A stretch of DNA of 56,337 nucleotides, the filler included, from Asterionella formosa (lineage: Eukaryota): assembly GCA_002256025.1 (NCBI GenBank). It is 4 parts of 4 records of this genome, joined end to end, with 100 filler letters (N's around TTAATTAATTAA, not from the genome) between each part and the next. Parts side by side here need not be neighbours in the genome. Positions count along the whole stretch, not along the records: positions 42,339 to 56,337 come from NKIB01006259.1; 3 more parts are not named here. The stretch is one strand, 5' to 3'. Each line of letters opens with the position of its first letter. The first letter of the stretch is position 1. Positions 50,415 through 56,337 of the stretch are shown here, in pieces. Below the pieces are notes generated by a model. That model was not told where the DNA came from, searched no databases, and worked only from the letters and a program-made list of their open reading frames with translations. The position numbers and the translations under genes were made by a program.

Positions 50415-50942
50415 TATGGCTGGGATGATATATGCTCACCAGGGTACCCAAGGTAGCTAGGAGCCCTTATAGACACTAGCCTATAATTCTAAAGATGTTG
50501 CGATGTGTTTCTATTTATTAAAAACTATAGTGTAGTCGTTGTGAGCGACTGGAGTATACTTCATCATGTCATCTCCGCCCTGACCATGATGAAAATAGGG
50601 AAAAGAATGATGCTTGCTATTTGGTACATCCTAGCACAACATACTAGACAATACAATTGTAAAAGAATTATTTTAAAATCACAAATATTGACATTGACAA
50701 CAAAAATGGAAGTTGTTGATGGCGCATTTTTTCATGTAATATGCATATTGATGCGCAATTCAGAACCATGGCGGTGATACAATGATATTTGACACTTTCA
50801 TAGTATGCAACACTCTAGTACACTACGGTACCTAGTAGTAATCTGTAGGTCGAACCAAATTTTGTTTGATTCTATAAAATAAATTAATAGTCAATTGAAA
50901 TTTTCAAAATGAATCTTTTGTTTACGATTACTTATCCAGTTG
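50415..50942 (+). repeat. Dispersed repeat family A, copy 3
   Basis: Colinear homology with 45444-45956 and 8640-9020. Confidence 0.8.
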
Positions 50943-52390
50943 AAGATGGCGGAGGGGTTCGATTCCTGCATTCTCCACCACCTGTCTATCCTTTTTATGT
51001 AGTCCCTGTCTAGTAGGGTTCTGGGGGTGCGGCTAATGAATAGAAACGACAGGTCCCCATAGTACTGTATGGACGATTAAAAGCGGTACTGATCCCTGTG
51101 CACCAGCGCCCCCCGAAATCACCACGTTTGTTGGGATGATCCTGGGCTGGTATGCTACACGGTCTACCCTTCTAGAAAATGAGTACCGGTAGTCTTAAAG
51201 TGCTTAGAATAAGCGAAGTTTTAATATTTTTGTTACCTCGAACAGGAATGATACATATCTGTTTCGACCATGATGTACCAGTTACATTTTACAGGTACTA
51301 TAATAGAATTTTACAGGCACTATAATAGGTTGTGCAACAGGTACAAAATCATTAACAGTATTATACGTATATACCATATTAGTCATTTAGTACCAAGTCA
51401 TAGTCATGGTGCATTTAAAAACATCAGCACTCATGAATCTTGAAAATATTAAAGGCAGCACGAGAGTAAAGTCAACAATGCGGCACTGTCGTCAGTATGA
51501 GACAGAAATTTTTTTCTGCAGCTGAACAAGCAAACATCTGCAAATAGAAAGCATCGTGTTCGTGTAATGCACCTTGTTTTGATGATGATCAGCCGTATGA
51601 TCATATAATTTCAAAATATTATCTAATATCTATCACAAGCAACTATTGTCAGAAATTAAATAAAAACCTTTTTGGACTAGCTATGCTTATTGTACAATTG
51701 TATGTTTCCTCGCAGGATGATGTACCAGCGAAATATTGGTTTATTTGTGATCATCATCACTTGCTCCGCTTTTCGCTTAGTCTTCAACACTCAAACAATG
51801 ACGACACAATTTAATTGATTGTATTGTTCATGAAGTCTTTATGATGTGATTACTGCGTCATTATCATGTTCCAGCATTGTAATTTGTCTTTGTAAACGCT
51901 TGATGATGATAATTCCACCAAGAATTGATGCAACAACCAAATGGTGCCACTGACTTTCTGCGACTGTCAGTGATCCAGCAAAGAATCGACAACAACAACT
52001 TGAATGTTTGTCCAATTATACTGTTGCTCAAGCCATTATGATGTAAGTGTTCTTGTGGCATATCATTTGATATCATGAAAACATGTATGTGATCAATCAT
52101 ATATTTATTTATGTATGTATGATCAATAAAAAATTCGTCATACTGCGATAATTTTGGGGCAATCGACAATAGAGCAAAATTGTTAGGTCTAACAATTTTT
52201 TCATTCACAAATGATGGAATGTTGAATATACTGCATGAGACCAAAGCAGGCGAACATTACATTGGTCGCATTTTAGCTGGTAGGCCAATACTCTCAGCTC
52301 GGTTTGATGTTTCTGAGCCAATTTTTTGGGTGAAATGCCCATGTAATAACATAATGATAGTGCCATACATGAACTGCTGATTCTTAATGG

Positions 52391-52466
52391 AAGTAAACTT
52401 TACTCAAATCAAGTAAAGTTTACTTTCGGTCATTGGGTCATTGCTTGATTTGAGTGAAGTTTACTT
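52391..52466. repeat. Nested inverted repeat (14-bp arms with 7-bp spacer, plus an inverted 23-bp copy)
   Basis: aagtaaactttact-caaatca-agtaaagtttactt is a perfect palindrome. 52444-52466 is the reverse complement of 52391-52413 at 22/23. Confidence 0.92.
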
Positions 52467-52793
52467 TATCTGCCAATTCAAAAACATTTTGCTATATCTG
52501 CCAAAGTGATTATATTTATAGCAAAAGCGATAGTGTGCCAACTCGAAAGCATTTAAGTTCTAAGCCTTTGTATTTTATGTCTTGACAAATTAGGTAGTAA
52601 TCATGTAGAGAACACTCTGACAGTTGCCATGTGGCCAGGCAAGCAAATGACTGCAATATATTTACCGGTAGTTCTACTACGGTAAACTACGTAATGCTAT
52701 CATACACACTCGTCGCCGTCACGGCAGCAAAATTGGCAGATATGATGGTATGATAGCCAGTCTCATGTTGGCCATCATCTTCTGACTGACAGG

Positions 52794-54071
52794 ATGGCAA
52801 AAGGAATAATCAATTCATCGGGATTTTCCTGTCATCTTGCGAGTGCCTTGCAGCTTATTTATCACTGTCTCCCCTCGTTGAGACAGGCCTTGATCGGTTT
52901 GTCAGGTCTACCACTGTTAGAATCTCCTCTGCTGAGAAACTTTGCGCGAATCTTCGCGGAGCTTCAAAGGAATGACGATGATGAGCCAGTGGACCCATCC
53001 GCCTTGTACAGTGCATTAAGAAATCAAAAGTCAGTGGAATCGAATGATCTTGGAGACTCTGTAAGAATTTTGAGAACTCTGCTAGCGACGATTCGTTGTG
53101 AAATGGTAAAGTTAGCACGCTCATCAGCATGCTTCAAAACCTTGATCAAAATTCTAGAGAATGAGTTGGATGGAACTATGGAACAAATACTGACTGGTCG
53201 CAAACGATCCGTGCAAAGATGCAAGGTGAAGCTATGTGCACAGGCTTCTCCATTTCCTGTACCAGTGGCACCTTCACTTGCAGCCGGAATCGATAAAGCA
53301 ACTATCCAACCGCAGGAGATAACCGGGTACTCCTGGGAGAATGTCGAAGGCTATGACGAGCTGGAAGTGGAAGACTCGGCATTGGAATATTGGAAAACAT
53401 CAAAGACGATTGTTTTCCAATCAATCCCTGAAACTCTCCTGCTTCACCTGCAGCGGTTTTCACTCATAGACGGCCAGGTACAGTTACTTGCCAACCAAAT
53501 GGATATTCCATACAAGCTGGAAATGAATAAATATTGCTTAGAACAATCCCTTCAACGAGAATATGTGTTAAAAGGAGGATTGCTTCATGTTTCAGACTCG
53601 CATAAGGCCAGTGAAGACGAGGAAGCAGGACACTATATTGCTATAGTGCGATTGGACGGACGTTGGATCATACTAGATGATGAAGACTCCACTGAAATGA
53701 GCTACTCAGAACAAGATATACTTGATTTTCTGAGCTGTCGAAAATCCAGCATTATTCAGCTAAACTCAGGCAGTAGTGTTTGTCCAACTCTGCTTGTATA
53801 CACAGCATCACAGGAAGGGGGGAAATCAAGTGCAGCTTTGTTATCCACATTTAGTGAGCAACTAGCCGACAAACTCAAGAAACAGGATGAGGAGCAAAAC
53901 TGGGACTTTTCTATTATTGGAAGACGTGTTAATATTCTTTGGGCCAAGGGCAATTATTATCCAGGCACCATTATTGCATATAATGAAATTGAGGGCAAGC
54001 ACAAAATTGAATATGATGATGGAGATATTAAAATTTACAATCTTCGAAATAAAGTAATTGAATGGATTTAA
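52794..54071 (+). CDS. Ubiquitin-specific protease (C19/USP) with C-terminal Tudor-like domain
   Basis: Cys box GIINSSGFSCHLASALQ, P..L.LHLQRF, His box GHYIA.VR...W..LDD, and C-terminal IGRRV.ILW....YYPG.I..YN....KHKIEYDDGD. Confidence 0.87.
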   Translation: MAKGIINSSGFSCHLASALQLIYHCLPSLRQALIGLSGLPLLESPLLRNFARIFAELQRNDDDEPVDPSALYSALRNQKSVESNDLGDSVRILRTLLATIRCEMVKLARSSACFKTLIKILENELDGTMEQILTGRKRSVQRCKVKLCAQASPFPVPVAPSLAAGIDKATIQPQEITGYSWENVEGYDELEVEDSALEYWKTSKTIVFQSIPETLLLHLQRFSLIDGQVQLLANQMDIPYKLEMNKYCLEQSLQREYVLKGGLLHVSDSHKASEDEEAGHYIAIVRLDGRWIILDDEDSTEMSYSEQDILDFLSCRKSSIIQLNSGSSVCPTLLVYTASQEGGKSSAALLSTFSEQLADKLKKQDEEQNWDFSIIGRRVNILWAKGNYYPGTIIAYNEIEGKHKIEYDDGDIKIYNLRNKVIEWI

Positions 54072-54109
54072 GAAATTCCAAAAACCATTGTCCTGTTAGT
54101 CAAGGTACC

Positions 54110-56070
54110 AGGTAGCAGTATCCTTCCTGGTGCTCGGTTTTCAAGAGTGAAAATCGTTCCATTCTGAATGAATGGCTTCTCTTCTTGCATTGTTCATACA
54201 GACGTCCCCTAATGCCTACCTTCTCAAGAACTGAAGATTGTTGTCTTCCATTCTGAAATTGCAGCTTTGATTGCATGTCAAGATTTGTTTCCCATATAAA
54301 GTGAAATAGTTGAATAAGTCAACTACATTATTTGATTAAAAAATGTAATTAGTTGAGCAACCTTCAGAATAATAGTTGAATGACCTTCTGATTATTAGTT
54401 GAAAAACCCTTCAGATAATTAGTTGAATGAATCTTTGGAAAATAAAGTGAACTAAAAAATAGAATTACGTGAACAGAATTGATATGTTACATGAAGTATA
54501 ATACAGAATTACGTGAGCTAAATCACCCAATTACGTGCATTATAAGCAAGTCATTATTGATGTGTTTGAGATACTGCTTCAAAACAGAATGGTTTCCTTC
54601 AATTCTAGAAGTAGAACTGACCCAAGATGGAGGAGTTTGTCTGCCCAACATGACACAAAATTTTCCTTTAAAGGAATCCAAGTTCTGGCAATATAACCTT
54701 ATGAATGTTTTGTAATAGATTTGTACTTATCCTGGAAGACCTGCCAATTATGCTCGAAGTCAATTTGCTTCCCAGAATAGAGGAGAGAATTCCAGTCAGA
54801 CATAAAGTTTTTGAATTTTTCCTCAGAGTCCCATTTATCTGTCATTGTGTTTGTGAAAATATTGGTGTTGAAATGCCAAATGCAAAGCAAATGTATGCAA
54901 TTTGGGAAAACACTATTAATGTCATTCAGGAGCGCAAGCTCTCGTTCTGTGATTAGGAGTTTAGGCTCAACAATTGACCCAAATGCTTCAAGAGCCCATT
55001 GGTAATCTTCTTCTCTTTCGGCAGACAAAAAAGCAAAACCAGCATTGAATGTTTTGAAGGTGGAAGTGATCCCAACAATGCTCAGTAACGGCATCCCAAA
55101 TCGATTTGTCTTGTACTGTAGGTAAAATCCATCATGAACACATATTTATACCGGCATGAGAAAGGCAGCATGCTGTCCTTCGAGAAAAACAACGCTTTCA
55201 GATTGCCATTATCGCCTAGTTTCACTTTAAAAGTATATCCACCAGACGAAATCAAATAATAGAGTGCTTTTACTGGTGTTCTCCCATTGAGAATTCTTTC
55301 CTGGCAGCTGCCTTCTCATTCGAAATTTCTCTTGCTGTTGTTACCGGTAGTTGGTTGCCTGTTGTGAACTTCAAGTGAGTCTGGATTTGTGAGCTGGTTA
55401 CCCCAGCTTTGGCCATATCTCTGACAATCGCTTTTTCCACCTCTGTCAAGAATCTTCTTGCTGCTGAGTACCCAGCAACGTGCTCAGTGATTCATGGTTG
55501 TGATCTGGAACAGTTTCGCCTTTAAAAGTCCAAAACTTCGTCTTCTTGCTGTATGTGCTGGCTTTGGCCTTGAAAGGGCAATATGTCAGTTTTGAGCTGG
55601 TTTTTCTTTGCCGAGTTGCATCAGTCAGATCAAGGCGGTTATCATACACTCCTCCATGATAGCATCCAAAGATAATTCGTCTACTTGTCACTGCCATTGT
55701 ACAACTTCAAAAACATGTCCATATCCTTCTAATACTTGGTAATAGTTTCAATGCATTTTTCCCAAGAATCAAATGTGACTTGATCCATTAGATTTACGGG
55801 GGATAAATTTTCATCTCCCTCCTCTGTATTGTCCCCAATAGGTTCTGACAGTTTTGGTTGAGGAAGCATCAGAGTCAATTTGAACACAATGATGTGCATG
55901 TGTTTGTGTAGCAGCCACGGCAGTGTCATGGAGGAGTCAACAAAGATTTGTGTGGCAAAAAAGTATTGATGGTTTATACGAAGACTATGTAGGCTAGTAG
56001 GGTTTAAGGGTTTATCAAAAAGAGGGGGACGAAATATTGATACTATAGGGGGACGAAATATCTTTTTCCT
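54110..56070 (-). mobile_element. Decayed Mutator/MULE transposon (FAR1-like N-terminus plus MULE DDE domain)
   Basis: F.C..GG.Y.NR...R.RKTSSKLT.CPF...HNH and YKTNRFGMPLLSIVGITST.KTF..GFAFL..E.EEDY.WAL...LLITERELAL...FP...HLLCIWH. The repeat gggggacgaaatat at ~56023 and ~56048 lies near the likely terminus. Confidence 0.88.
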
Positions 56071-56337
56071 ATTAAAATAGCTCAAAAGTAAATGAGAATG
56101 AGTGCCCTTGTGGATCCATCGACTCATTCTATTAGTAAAAGACGATTGTGAATCTCGAACCGGAGTTGAATCCGCAAGATCGCAATGTGGTATAAAGAAA
56201 AGCGACAGTCAATGATGGCCATTGTGGACGCAAAACAACAAGCTTTTTTGCGGGCAATCATAATTTTTAGAAGGGTTAGGGTTATCCGTTATACTAGGTC
56301 TACATGAGCCAACCCGATGTCCTCAAAATTTGCACCC

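Noticed and set aside
50950..50980. Functional tRNA gene
   Set aside because: Only a T-arm/CCA-like 3' part is present; no D or anticodon arms can be built.
51004..51055. Hammerhead ribozyme-like core (ctaatga...gaaac)
   Set aside because: CUGAUGA is altered at the conserved G, there is no stem II, and no convincing stem I.
56272..56284. Telomere-like ttaggg repeats (also 14361-14372)
   Set aside because: Only about two units, too short to indicate a telomere.

Overview
Eukaryotic genomic DNA, most likely a diatom (short GT-AG introns, a bipartite plastid-targeting presequence, a diatom-type type-II LRR receptor). It carries 12 apparently intact host genes: CRAL-TRIO protein, RPL10A/uL1, TRM13-like methyltransferase, LRR membrane receptor, a small plastid-targeted protein, threonine ammonia-lyase, an LtnD-like dehydrogenase fused to cupin-like domains, a soluble LRR protein, RanBP1, an LMBR1-family protein and a USP+Tudor-like protein, plus assembly gaps. 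Transposon-rich blocks lie at about 4-10 kb, 27-46 kb and 50-56 kb. Highlights: (1) a decayed multi-gene element of at least 8 kb carrying a Plavaka/CACTA-like transposase, a Ulp1-like protease and a spliced companion gene; (2) an inverted duplicate of part of that element, interrupted by a 1770-bp insertion, so the empty and filled sites are both visible (6-bp duplication, no true TIRs, repeated palindromic sites); (3) clusters of overlapping GGTACC/TACCWGGTA/TACCGGTA palindromes just upstream of almost every host gene; (4) Crypton-, pogo-, MULE- and possible tRNA-SINE remnants. Family assignments come from motif recognition by eye, not from database searches.
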